Shown: positions 43,278 through 56,437 of the stretch, in pieces
Layout of the letters: the number at the start of each line of letters is the position of its first letter
Position numbering within the stretch: position 1 is the stretch's first letter
Source of the DNA: Flaccisagitta enflata
Taxonomy: Eukaryota
Reading direction: 5' to 3'
NCBI GenBank assembly: GCA_965153355.1
Contig: OZ231126.1
Location: forward strand, 36,394,001 to 36,458,000
DNA length: 64,000 nt
The notes under the pieces: model-generated
Told to the model about the DNA's origin: nothing
The model's database searches: none
What the model saw: the letters and a program-made list of their open reading frames with translations, nothing else
Position numbers and translations under genes: made by a program

Positions 43278-45205
43278 CGCGTTACCGTCATTGGGTTCAA
43301 TCGTTCATCCAATTACTCATTCCTTTTCTCATCACCTCGTTCACTCATTCACTCATTCTGACAGCGCTTCCGTTTCTTTCGTGGCCCCCAACTTATCGCT
43401 GCGTGCTAACCGCGAATCTTTCTTCATTCCTGCGTCTCCGCTGTTGCCGAGCTTTGATTCTGGCCAGTCGCCCGAAGGCCCATTGATACAGCGCCGAGTG
43501 AATGGAAATGTCCCTCAGTTGCCAACAACAGTCCAGCCAGTCGTACGTCGCCACAGAAAGACGACATTTGCGGTCACCAGAGGAGCTGTCATTCTGGGGC
43601 GCTTGGTTGTGACAGTCTTGTTCTTCTGTCTTCTTTTGTTTTGTTTTTTTGTTTTTTTTTTTTTGGAGGGTGTGCGATTTTTTTTTTAAAACAGAATTGT
43701 CAAAAGAAATACATTAACGAAAGTGGGAATAAAAATGCTTGTTAGTTGTTTACATTTGTTCTTTCCCGATGCTTGTTTTACAGAACCGGTTAGTGGGTTA
43801 GTAATTCCTTGTAAATGCTTTCAAAGAGGATGATGAAGATTCTCACTGTTTTTGGCATGGGTGGGAGGTACTTTCCAATCGGCGGCAAGATCGGCAGCGA
43901 TTGGGCTAACAAAAAAAAGAAGAGATAGCATTGGTATGAATTGACGCGAGGTATGTTTGCCGACTTTTGTTTTCGTTTTTAGGTGCGACAAAGCACCTCT
44001 TTAACTGGCTCTGTCCGTCTGTTGGTCGGTCTGTAACACATTCGTTCGACGATCCACACGTCGCACCTTATTGGCCTACTTGGCCTTGTTTTTTTTACGT
44101 TTTCATTTTTAACTTGTTGTTGTGTCGGTTTGATCCTCGCGCACCTTTTTTACATTCGATATCTTCTCCGATGCCGAAGTCAAAGGAAAGCAAAGGCAGG
44201 CATTCGAGTCGCTGCAAAGACGAAGCGCGATCGTGATTCGTCATATTGGCGTCGTGGCGAATATTGGGTTGGCGCCATTTTCCACATTTCTCGTCGCGGC
44301 GTTCGTTGGCGTGGCGCCATCCACCGCCTTTGATTCTCATTCCTCTCTGTTTCTGAGATTCCTCCTCGATCGCGGCGACCCAAGCCATAGTAAGCGCCTC
44401 CAAGGAACCAACGCCACCTCCTTCACTGGACTGGCCTTTTTTTTTTTTTTTTTTTTTTTTGATATTTTTATACATTTTCATCTAAAATCCAAATTCCAGT
44501 GGTCTCAAGCATAAAAACAAAGCCGGATACACGGCTACCCCAGTCGCGATCGCGTGCGGGCGTGTCAGGGTCCCATTTTAGGTCACTAGAGCATAAGGGC
44601 AGGAGCAGTGAGGCCAAAGATCGTAAAAACAAAAAGAATAAAACGAGAAAGACCGACCGACCGAGTGAAGGAAGGATGGACAAAGCGGGATATAGAGTCG
44701 CGTAGCACGCGACTTAAAAATGTTCGACCGCATCGGTATCAACATTAGGAGTCATTAAGACCCTTAATTCTGTGAATTTGATACATACTTCAGGAAATGG
44801 GGTAGTTTGAAAGATTCACTTTTACGCAAAACAGAAAAAGTAGAATACTCACACAAATACACGCAAACACACACAGGACTCTTTTTTTTTTTCAAATGAA
44901 TTATACTAGTTTACATACTTTTTAGTCGTGTGCAAGAGACCCTATAACCCGCTATCTCGGTTGGTCGGTCCGTCGGTAAAAACGCTTAGCTTTTGTTGCG
45001 TTAAGAGCGGTTTTTGCATCATTGCCCCTGCTCAAATGCTTGGTTAGCCTATTCATCGCAAATTCTGACGTTCCCAGATGGAGCCATATATTTCTTTTTC
45101 TTTTTTTGTTTACTACAGGAAATGCATTATATGCAAAAATGTGGCACTGTAGACGTAGTATGTTTTCTATCCGTAGACTACCGTAGAAGTCGCGGGGAAA
45201 ATAAG

Positions 45206-45409
<204 letters not shown>

Positions 45410-45413
45410 TTAC

Positions 45414-45646
45414 CTCGAGACGGTGGCGATACGTAAACTCTTTCTGGAAGCGATCTTCTATGAATTGGCTTTAGACTGCCTCCGATGCGAACCAACTGTC
45501 CACCCGGCATGTGTATGAAAGAACCCAGATTGGATTTGTACGGGATGCTCACCACTGATAAGTCGGGATGGGATAATTGGATGGATATATTTTTTAGGGA
45601 CCCCGATGCAATGTCGGCATTGTATGGCAGGAAGACACGCATACAT
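45414..45646 (-). CDS. candidate upstream exon of the minus-strand gene
   Basis: Open frame MRVFLPYNADIASG..YVSPPSR ending at a perfect donor G|gtaagt; acceptor gatctag. Confidence 0.4.
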
Positions 45647-45770
45647 CTAGATCAGAGGTGTTAAAAACAAAACTAGCTAAGATTGATGGGAAACATGCGT
45701 TTGTGGATGCATGGCGAGTAATGTACGCGAGTAATTAACGCGGGCCTATGCTCTTTCAATAAATCAATAC

Positions 45771-45828
<58 letters not shown>

Positions 45829-45840
45829 AAATCAAATCAC

Positions 45841-46008
45841 CTTTACGTGATGAAGGTTGAGAAACAATCGATTTTGGTTTGCGAAGTTGGGGACGAGGCT
45901 GAACTGGCCCCTTGTCACCAAGAGATCCCAATACCAGCAAGGAACTAGCATTCCTTGGACTTTGAATTGCAACGAAATCTGGAAGACGTTTTGGATGAAC
46001 CGCCATAC
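45841..46008 (-). CDS. candidate upstream exon (frame unresolved)
   Basis: ttcgcag| ... AAAG|gtgatt; two frames are open, but neither splices in frame to the 45414-45646 frame. Confidence 0.3.
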
Positions 46009-46219
46009 CTGCGAACGATGGAAACAAGGCTGTATACATTCCCTCAGTCTCGGACGGGTAGGCAGGAGCAGAAAACCTCGAATAACAACTTTGTAACGGA
46101 CCGACGGACCGACCGACACGGCAAGTTCTAGAGTTAGTGTCGTGAAAGAACTGTTGCGCTATTGTCGGTGTCTCTCGCGAGTCGTGAACATTCTGTTGCG
46201 TTTCTCTATAATTTCTCTC

Positions 46220-46286
<67 letters not shown>

Positions 46287-46733
46287 ATATGATTATGTTT
46301 CATCGTTCGTGAATCATCGACTTTGTAAATTCCGGTTTACATAAAGTGAAAAAACAAAAAAAACTAAAAAAGAAATTGTAACTCCAATGAGATAGGAGCT
46401 GATGGGCTATATTGCAACCGCTATTATTAAGGGGATAGTAAAAATTCGGGTGATACATGAACTTATGCAAGCTCATAGAAAATCCAAAGGTTTATCCATC
46501 AGTCTGTACATTCAGATATGAATGCAACAGATTTTATTTAAACAAAATAAAATGTGGAGGTGGGTGGGACGTTGACCGGCGAGCAGTAACGAAATGAAGA
46601 GTACTAAACAGCCCTGTCGTAAGAGAGGTCCCGGGTTCGATTCCCGGACAGGCCCAGCCTTACCCCCTTCTTTTTGATTGAGCTGCAGAGTGAGTGGAAA
46701 ACTGATAGTGTGTTTTGTGGCCAAACACCAACT

Positions 46734-46805
46734 GGCCTGTTGGTCTAGAGGTATGATTCTCGCTTCGGGTGCGAGAGGTCCCGGGTTCGATTCCCGGACA
46801 GGCCC
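46734..46805 (+). tRNA. tRNA-Pro: tRNA-Pro(CGG), first complete copy
   Basis: Intact cloverleaf; anticodon CGG at 46766-46768. Confidence 0.93.
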
Positions 46806-49150
46806 AGCCTTACCCCTTTTTTTTGATTGAGCTGCAGAGTGAGTGGAAAACTGATAGTGTGTTTTGTGGCCAAACACCAACTGGCCTGTTGGTCTAGAGG
46901 CATGATTTCCCGCTTTAAAAGCGCAGAGGTCCCTGGTTCGACTCTGACAGTGCCCAGCTCACTCTCTTCTTTTTGATTGAGCTGCAGAGTGAGTGGAAAC
47001 TGATAGTGTTTTTGTGGCCAACACCAACTGGCCTGTTGGTCTAGAGGTATGATTTCCCGCTCGGTGCGAGAGGTCCCGGTTTGATTCTGACAGGCCCAGC
47101 CTTACCCTTCTTTTTTTTTTGACATTGAGCTGCAGAGTGAGTGGAAAACTGATAGTGTGTTTTGTGGCCAAACACCAACTGGCCTGTTGGTCTAGAGGTA
47201 TGATTCTCGCCGTGCGAGCGAGAGGTCCCTGGTTCAAATCCCGGACAGGCCCAGCCTTACCTCCTTCTTTTACTGAGCTGCAGAGTGAGGGAAAATCAGA
47301 TAGTGTGCTTTCAGGCCAAACACCAACTGTCCTATGGTCTAGAGGTATGATTTTTGGGCTTCTGGAAAGTAGAGGTCCTGGTTCGCCCTGACAGGCCCAG
47401 CCCACCCTCTGGATGAGCCTGCAGAGTGAGGAAACTGATAGTGTGTTTTGTGGCTCTGTTGAACAGGAGGTACATTCTCGCTTCGTGCGAGAGGTCCCAC
47501 TGACCTCGGACAGGCCTGCTCTTACCCCTCTTTACTGAGCTGCAGAGTGAGTGGAAAACTGATAGTGTGTTAGTACAAACACACCCGGGTTTGTTGGTCT
47601 AGAGGTATGATTTCCTGCTTCAGGGGTGCGAGGTCCCTGGTCTGGATTCTCCGCACAGCCCAGCTCACCCCTTCTTTTGATTGAGTTGCAGAGAGTGGAA
47701 AACTGATAGTGTGTTTTGTACAACACCAACTGGCCTGTTGGTTTAGAGGTATGATTCTCTTTTCGGTGCGAGAGGTCCTGGTTCGATCGACAGGCCTGGC
47801 CTCTTATCTCTGGCTTTGATTGAGGTTGTATAGTGGAAAACTGATAGTGTGTTTTTTAGTGGCCAAACACCAATCATTGTTGGTGTAGAGGTACATTCTC
47901 AAGCCATAGAGGCCTGGTTCGACCCCTCGGACAGGCCCAGCTCTACCCCGCTTTTTTGATTGACAGCAGAGTGGGAAAACTGATAGTGTGTTTTTGTGGC
48001 CAAACACCAACTGGCCTGTTGGTCTAGGGGAGGCATGATTCTCGCCGTGCAGAGGTCCCGGTTCACCTCGGACAGGCCTCCAGCCTTGCCTCTTTCTTTT
48101 TTTAGATTGAGCTATGTTTTAGGGCCAAACACCGCCAATCTCAAGGTTTGTTGGTCTAGAGAGATGACTCGCTTCGGTGCGCGAGAGGTCCCGGGCCTCG
48201 ATTCTTCTCAGACAGGCCCAGCCTTCCACTTCTTTTGATTGAGCGCAGAGTGAGAGAAATCAGATAGTGTGTTTGTACAAACACCAATCCGGCCTGTTGG
48301 TCTAGAGGCGATTCGCTTCGGTGCGAGAGGGTCCCGTGGTTCGATTCCTGACAGGCCCCAGCCTTTACCCTCCTTTCTTTTTTGATTGAGCTGCAGAGGA
48401 GTGAAACTGATAGTGTGTTTTTGTGGCCAAACACCAACTGCCTGTTGGTCTAGAGGTATGATTCTCGCCTGTGCCAGAGTGCTCCTGTTCACCCGGACAG
48501 GCCCAGCCTTACTCCTCTTTTCTTTTTGATGGAGCTGCAGAGTGAGTGGAAAACTGATAGTGTGTTTTGTACAAACACCAACTGGCCTGTTGGTCTAGAG
48601 GTATGATTCTGGCTAAGAGAGGTCCCGGGTTCGATTCCCGGACAGGCCCAGCCTTACCCCCTTCTTTTTGATTGAGCTGCAGAGTGAGTGGAAAAGTGAT
48701 AGTGTGTTTTGTGGCCAAACACCAACTGGCCTGTTGGTCTAGAGGTATGATTCTCGCTTCGGGTGCGAGAGGTCCCGGGTTCGATTCCTGGACAGGCCCA
48801 GCCTTACCCCTTCTTTTTTTTGATTGAGCTGCAGAGGAGGAAAACTGATGTGTGTGTTTTGTGTGGCCAAACAATCACCGCCTGTTGTCTAGAGGTATGA
48901 TTTCTTGGCCTGGTGCGAGAGGTCCGGGTTCATTCCCCATCGTGGCCCAGCCTCACTCTCTCTTTTTTGATTGAGCTGCAGAGTGAGTGGAAAAGTGATA
49001 GTGTGTTTTGTGGCCAAACACCAACTGGCCTGTTGGTCTAGAGGTATGATTCTCGCTTCGGGTGCGAGAGGTCCCGGGTTCAATTCCCGGACAGGCCCAG
49101 CCTTACCCCCTTCTTTTTGATTGAGCTGCAGAGTGAGTGGAAAACTGATA

Positions 49151-49750
49151 CAGGGTCATCCACCTGAGTTGTCGGATTCTGTTAAGCTTTTACTCCTTCA
49201 TGCCAAGAGATATGAATTTGAAATTAATCAAGTCTTGAAGAGTATAGATTGACATTTTTTGTATCAAAATTTCAGCCATTTTGGTCAAGTAGTTTGTCTT
49301 TTATGTAAATTTTAAGTGGCATGAGTATTTTCACATTTGACAGATTTTCTATCAAAAATCAAAAATTCTGTTTGCCTTCATTTTCATTTTTTTTTAAATA
49401 ACTATGCCATAGAGATAAGATTGATCTTAAATTATAGATGAGCTGAGAAACGTTTTAAACTACTTCAAAACATCACTGATTCAAGCCTTTTTTGGATTGA
49501 TGTTTCAAAAAAATTGTGATGTTAACCTGCACAATTCCTGAAATTCATTGGAAAATCTGCCCATTCCTGAAATAAAAGCTGTATGTTCATATCAATGTGG
49601 AAGACAAACTACTTGACCAAAATGGATGAAATTTTGACACAAAAAACGTCAATGTATACTTTTTAAGACTAGATCAATTTCAAATACATAACTTTTAGCA
49701 TCTGAGAGTAAAAGCTTAACAGAATCCGACAACTCAGCTGGATGACCCGG
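49151..49750. mobile_element. mariner-type MITE inserted in an array spacer
   Basis: TIR CAGGGTCATCCACCTGAGTTGTCGGATTCTGTTAAGC; the unit's gaTAgt is duplicated as a TA TSD. Confidence 0.9.
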
Positions 49751-49778
49751 TAGTGTGTTTTGTGGCCAAACACCAACT

Positions 49779-50000
49779 GGCCTGTTGGTCTAGAGGTATG
49801 ATTCTCGCTTCGGGTGCGAGAGGTCCCGGGTTCGATTCCCGGACAGGCCCAGCCTTACCCCCTTCTTTTTGATTGAGCTGCAGAGTGAGTGGAAAAGTGA
49901 TAGTGTGTTTTGTGGCCAAACACCAACTGGCCTGTTGGTCTAGAGGTATGATTCTCGCTTCGGGTGCGAGAGGTCCCGGGTTCGATTCCCGGACAGGCCC
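49779..50000 (+). tRNA. tRNA-Pro: two consensus tRNA-Pro(CGG) copies (49779-49850, 49929-50000)
   Basis: Identical to the consensus unit. Confidence 0.9.
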
Positions 50001-53000
50001 AGCCTTACCCCCTTCTTTTTGATTGAGCTATAGAGTGAGGAAAACTGATAGTGTGTTTTGTACAAACACCAACTGGGCCTGTGGTTCTAGAGGTATGATT
50101 CTTGCTTCGGATGCGAGAGGTCCTGGGTTCGATTCCCTGACAGGCCCAGCCTTATCCTCTTCTTTTTGATTGAGCTGCAGAGTGAGTGGAAAAGTGATAG
50201 TGTGTTTTGTGGCCAAACACCAACTGGCCTGTTGGTCTAGAGGTATGATTCTCGCTAAAAGTAGAAACCTGTTTGATTCCCGGACATGGCCCCAGCCTTA
50301 ACCCTTCTTTTTGATTGAGCTGCAGAGTGAGTGGAACTGATAGTGTGTTTTAGGCCAAACACCACCCGCCTGCTGGTCTAGAGGTGGCGTAGATTCTCGC
50401 TTCGGTGCGAGAGGTCCTGGTTCTATTCCTCGGACAGGCCCAGGCGCCTTACTTCCTGATTAGAGCTGCAGAGTGAGTGAAAAGATAGTGTTTGTGGCCA
50501 AACACCACAACTGGCCTGTTGGTCTAGAGGTATGATTCTCGCTTCAGCAGAGGTCCCGGGTTCGACCTGACAGGCCCAGCCTTACCCCTTTTTTTTGATT
50601 GAGCTGCAGAGTGAGTGGAAAACTGATAGTGTGTTTTGTGGCCAAACACCAACTGGCCTGTTGGTCTAGAGGTATGATTCTCGCTTCGGGTGCGAGAGGT
50701 CCCGGGTTCGATTCCCGGACAGGCCCAGCCTTACCCCCTTGTTTTTGATTGAGCTGCAGAGTGAGTGGTCTGAGGGATAGTGTGTTTGTGGCCAAAACAA
50801 CTGAACCGCCTGTTGGTTCAGAGGTATGATTTCAAGCCTGGGTGCGAGAGGTCCCGGGTTCGATTCCCGGACAGTGGCCCAGCCTACTCCCTCTTTTTTT
50901 GATTGATGAGGCAGGAAAAGTGATAGTGTGTTTTAGGCCAACACCAATCTGCCTGTTGTCTAGATAGATTTCTGCCGGGTGCGCGAGAGGTCCTGGGTTC
51001 CGATTCCTCTGGACAGGCCCAGCCTTACCCCCTTCTTTGTGATTGAGCTGCAGAGTGAGTGGAAAAGTGATAGTGTGTTTTGTGGCCAAACACCAACTAC
51101 TGTTAATTTAGAGGTATGATTCTTGCTCTTTGGTGCTAGAGGTCCCTGTTCATTCTCGGACAGGGCCCAGCCTTTACCCCTTCTTGATTGAGCTGCAGAG
51201 TGAGTGGAAAACTGATAGTGTGTTAGGCAACAACAACTGGCCTGTTGGCCCAGAGGCATGATTCTCGCTTCAGCAGGTCCCGGTTCGTATTCCGACAGGC
51301 CCAGCCTTACCCCTTCTTTTTGACGAGCTGCAGAGTGAGGAAAAGTGATAGTGTTTTGTGTACAAACACCAACTGGCCTGTTGGTCTGGAGGTATGAGTC
51401 TCGCTTCGTGTACGAGAGGTCCCGGCTTCGATTCCCGGACAGGCTCAGCCTTACCCCCTTCTTTTTGATTGAGCTGCAGAGTGAGTGGAAATAGTGATAG
51501 TGTGTTTAGGCCAAACACCAATCGTCTAATATAATTATACATTCTTTGCCAGGTGCAGAGTGTCCTGTTTGGATTCCTGGACAGGCTCAGCCTACCCCTC
51601 TTTTGATCGAGCTGCAGAGTGGGAAAGTGATAGTGTGTTTTGTGGCCAAACACCAACCAGTCTGTTGGTCTAGAGGCATGATTTTCGCCTCGGGTGCTAG
51701 AGGTCTCGGGTTCAATTCCTGGACAGGCCCAGCCTTACCCCCTTCATTTTGATTGAGCTGCAGAGTGAGTGAAAATGTGATAGTGTGTTTTGTGGCCAAA
51801 CACCAACTGGCCTGTTGGTCTAGAGGTATGATTCTCGCAAGCCGTGCGCGAGAGGTCCCGGGTTGACTCTGACAGGCCCAGCTCACTCTCTCTTTTTTTT
51901 TGATCGAGCTGCAGAGGAGTGGGAAAAAGTGGAGGTGTGTTTAGGCTAACACCAACTGGGCTGTTGGTCTAGAGGCAGCATGACTTCGCCGGGTGCTGGT
52001 AGAGGTCCCGGTTCGACCCCGGATATGCCCAGCCTCTGCCCCCTTCTTTTTGATTGAGCTGCAGAGTGAGTGAAAATGTGATAGTGTGTTTTGTGTACAA
52101 ACACCAACTGGCCTGTTACCCAGATATATTGCCTGGTGCGAGAGGTCCTGGGAACGACTCAGACAGGCCCAGCGCTTCCACTCTTTTCTTTTTTTTTTTG
52201 ATTGAGCTGCAGAGTGAGTGAAAGTGATAGTGTGTTTCTGAAGCAACACCAACTGGCCTGTTGGTTCAGAGGCGATTTCGCCATGCGAGAGGTCCCGGTC
52301 TGGCCTCTGACAGGCCCCACAGAACACTTACTTTTTTGATTGAGCTGCAGAGTGAGTGGAAAAGTGATAGTGTTTGTGGCCAAACACCAACTGGCCTGTT
52401 GGTCCAGAGAGGTGATTCTCGCTGGTGCCAGAGGTCCCGGTCTGACCCCACAGGCCCAGCCTACTCCCTTCCAGAGATTTCCATGTTACTGCTTGTCAGC
52501 AAACCGGCCGTGTCGTTATATGGTAAAATTCGCTATTTTATGGAAATATTCCAAATACCTGATTTATTCAAAGTAAAGATATCGTTTTTATACAGAGAGG
52601 AGTGAAAATAGATATTTTCTAAACTGAGTATTCATTGCATTTGATTCATGATGATCCTTAATTATGATATTCATTCGCTTAAACACTGTTAAAGGAGAGA
52701 GAGAGAGAGAGAGAGAGACACCAAAAGCGGTATAGGATCGACTAATGGAAACAAAGGCTCTTGAAAGGATAGAAGAATGGCAGAGGAAGAAAAAGGAGGA
52801 GGAAGAGGAGGGAGGAAGAGAAAGAGGAACGATCGGGTTTTCATAATGAATTTCGGATTTACCGATATCCTGTTTGTCCGGGCCGATACACGGATTGCCG
52901 GATCTCGATACCTAATCTCTGCCCCCTTCTTTTTGATTGAGCTGCAGAGTGAGTGGAAAAGTGATAGTGTGTTTTGTGGCCAAACACCAGCTGGCCTGTT

Positions 53001-53190
53001 GGTCTAGAGGTATGATTCTCAAGCCAGTGCGAGAGGTCCCGGGTCCGATTCCCGGACAGGCTAGCCTTACCTTCTTTTTGATTGACTTGAGTGAGTGGAA
53101 AAGTGATGTGTGTTTGTGTGAAACACCCAGCAGCCTCAGTCTGAAGAGGTATGATTCTCGCTTCGGTGCGAGAGGTCCCAGGTTCGATTC

Positions 53191-54660
53191 CGGGACCTCT
53201 CACGCCTGCTGCTGGGGACTCATACCTCTAGACCAGCAGGCCAGTTGGTGTTTGGCCACAAAGCTACACTATCACCTCCTCGCTCTGCAGCTCAGCTCAG
53301 AGGCAGGCACAGGCCTGGCTCGGGAGATCAGGCCAGGGCTCTGCACCCAGCAGAATCATACTCTGGGCCAGCAGGCCAGTGGTGTTTGGCCTAAGCGCAC
53401 TGTACCACCATACTGCAGCTCAATCAAGAGGGGCAGGCTAGGCCTGTCCGGGTTGTTTGATGTTCCTCTCGCACCGAAGCTGAAAGATTCACTCTTCTGC
53501 ACCAACAGGCCAGTTGGTGTTTGCCACAAAACACACTATCACTTTTTCCACTCACTCTCCAGCTCAATCAAAAAGAAGGGGGTAAGGGGCCTGTCTGAAT
53601 CTAAACCTGAATCTTCTTGACCAAGTGCAGAATCTATACCTCTAGACCAGCAGGCCAGCTGGTTTGGGCCACAAACACACTATCACTTTTCCACTCACTC
53701 TGCAGCTCAATAAAAAAGAAGGTGGCTGGGCCTGTCCGGGACCGAACTCGGGGACCTCTCGCACCCAAAGTAATGCAGCTCTTCAGGACCAACAGCTGCT
53801 GGTGTTTACATTTCAAACACACTATCACTTTTCCACTCACTCTGCAGCTCAATCAAAAGAAGGCAGGTCGCCTGTCCGGGAACAAATCAGACCTTCTGCA
53901 CCCGGCTTGAGAATCACACTCTCCAGACCAACAGGCCAGTTAGATGCTCAACAAACACATTCATATCACTTTTTCCACTACTTCTAACACCAAAAAAGAG
54001 TGGCAGGCTTTCATTTATCCTGGAATCGAACTCGGGACCTCTCGCACCCGAAGGAGAATCATACCTCTAGACCAACAGGCCAGTTGGTGTTTGGCCACAA
54101 AACACACTATCACTTTTCCACTCACTCTGCAGCTCAATCAAAAAGAAGGGGGTAAGGCTGGGCCTGTCCGGGAATCGAACCCGGGACCTCTCGCACCCGG
54201 CTTAATCATACCTTCAGACCAACAGGCCAGCTGGTAATGACCACAGAAACACACTATCGCTTTTCATCACTGCAGCTTCAATCACAAGAAGGTGCAGGCT
54301 TGGTTCTGTCCTGGGAATCAATCCGGGACCTCGCACCCGGAAGGAATCACACTCTCTAGACCAACAGGCCTAGGCAAGCCGGCCACACAAACACACTATC
54401 GCTTTTTCCACTACTCAGCTCAATCAAAAGAAGGGGAAGAAGGTCAGCCTGTCCGGGAATGACCTGGACCTCTCGGACCTAAGCGAGAATCATACCTCTA
54501 GACCAACAGGCCGCTGGTGTTGGGCCAAACACACGCACGTTTTTCCACTCACTCTTGGTGCTCAATCAGTGCTAGGTTGGGGGTATGTCAAATTAAGTCC
54601 TAAAATCAACCTCAGACCTCCTTCAAAAATTAAGCAGAATCATACCTCTAGGACCAACAG
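53191..54660 (-). repeat. inverted block of degenerate tRNA-Pro units
   Basis: Reverse-complement units (GAGAATCATACCTCTAGACCAACAGGCC). Confidence 0.85.
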
Positions 54661-56437
54661 CATATATTCCTAGTCTATTTATAAATCACCGACGACTTGG
54701 ATTACTGCTGTTGTTTAGTATGGGGATCGCCCATGATCCTAGAGGAACTCAAAAAAAAAAGAGTATGGAAAACAGGACACCGTAAGGAGGGGATGGACGG
54801 ACGGACAGATTCCCCCTGTCCCCCGTGTGCATGCGGGGGCATAGGGACATGGGGACAGGGGAACGAGATGCGATTAGCAAAAGCGATAGATATGAAGGCA
54901 GTTAAATATCAATCGCTCAGCACAATCATAAATATGTATTGATGCCTACACCTACTTCTTCACCTAGCGTTCAGTCCCTACTGGACCATATTTTCTTTGA
55001 CCCACCGGCAATCCTAAGGAGTGGAAATAGTATTATATTCCTAGTCGTCTATAAATCAATTTCCGACGTACCTTGGATTACCGCTGTTGTTTAGTATGGG
55101 GATCACCGCCCCCAATGATCCGAGATTCCAACGCAGCCAAGGACCTTCGTCCTTTGTATCGCCAGTCCATATCATAACGCCCATAACTAACCCGTGACTA
55201 AAAGCGAAGAGGCCAAACAAGACAAGGATAAAACAAAGGGCCGACTACAGTATGCAAATTATCAAATGGCCGGAGCCTGATTACATTCGTTAAGCAATTG
55301 ATACAGGTGAGCGGCGGAGTCAGCCCTTCTTTTTGATTGAGCTGCAGAGTGAGTGGAAATGTGATAGTGTGTTTTGTGGCCAAACACCAACTAGCCTGTT
55401 GGTCTAGAGGTATGATTCTCGCTTCGGGTGCGAGAGGTCCCGGGTTCGGTTCCCGGACAGATCCAGCCTTACCCCCTTCATTTTAATTGAGCTGCAGAGT
55501 GAGTGGAAATGTGATAGTGATAGTGTGTTTGTGGCCAAACACCAACTGGCCTGTTGGTCTAGAATTGATTCTGCGCTTGGGTGCGAGAGGTCCCAGGTTC
55601 GATTCCCAGACAGGCAGCCTTACCCCTTCTTTTGATTGAGCTGCAGAGTGGTGGAAATTTGATAGCAGGTGTGTTTTGTGGCCAAACACCAACTGGCCTT
55701 TTGGTCTGGAGGTATGATTCTCGCTTCGGGTGCGAGAGGTCCCGGGTTCGATTCCCGGACAGGCCCAGCCTTACCCCCTTCTTTTTGATTGAGCTGCAGA
55801 GTGAGTGGAAATGTGATAGTGTGTTTTGTGGCCAAACATCAACTGGCCTGTTGGTCTAGAGGTATGATTCTCGCCGGGTGTAGAAGTCCCGGAGTTCGAT
55901 TCCCGGACAGGCCCAGCCTTACCCATTCTTTTTGATTGAGCTGCAGAGTGAGTGGAAAGAAGTGATAGTGTGTTTTGTGGCCAGAGCATCAACTGGCCTG
56001 TTGGTCACAGAGGGTATGATTCTCGCTTGGGTGCGAGAGGTCGGTTCGATTCGGACAGGCCCAGCCTTACCCTTCTTGCAGTTGAGCTGCAGAGTGAGTG
56101 GAAATGTGATAAAGTGTTTTGTGGCCAAATGCCAACTGGCCTGTTGGTCTAGAGGTATGATTCTTGCTTCGGGTGTGAGAGGTCCCGGGTTCGATTCCCG
56201 GACAGGCCCAGCCTTACCCCCTTCTTTTTGATTGAGCTTCAGAGTGAGTGGAAATGTGATAGTGTGTTTTGTGGCCAAATGCCAACTGGCCTGTTGGTCT
56301 AGAGGTATGATTCTAGCTTCGAGTGCGAGAGGTCCCGGGTTCAATTCCCGGACAGGCCCAGCCTTACCCCCGTCTTTTTGATTGAGCTGCAGAGTGAGTG
56401 GAAATGTGATAGTGTGTTTTGTGGCCAAACACCAACT

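Noticed and set aside
55252-55259. Octamer ATGCAAAT upstream of the clean sub-array
   Set aside because: A single 8-mer in AT-rich DNA; no snRNA gene or PSE is recognisable.
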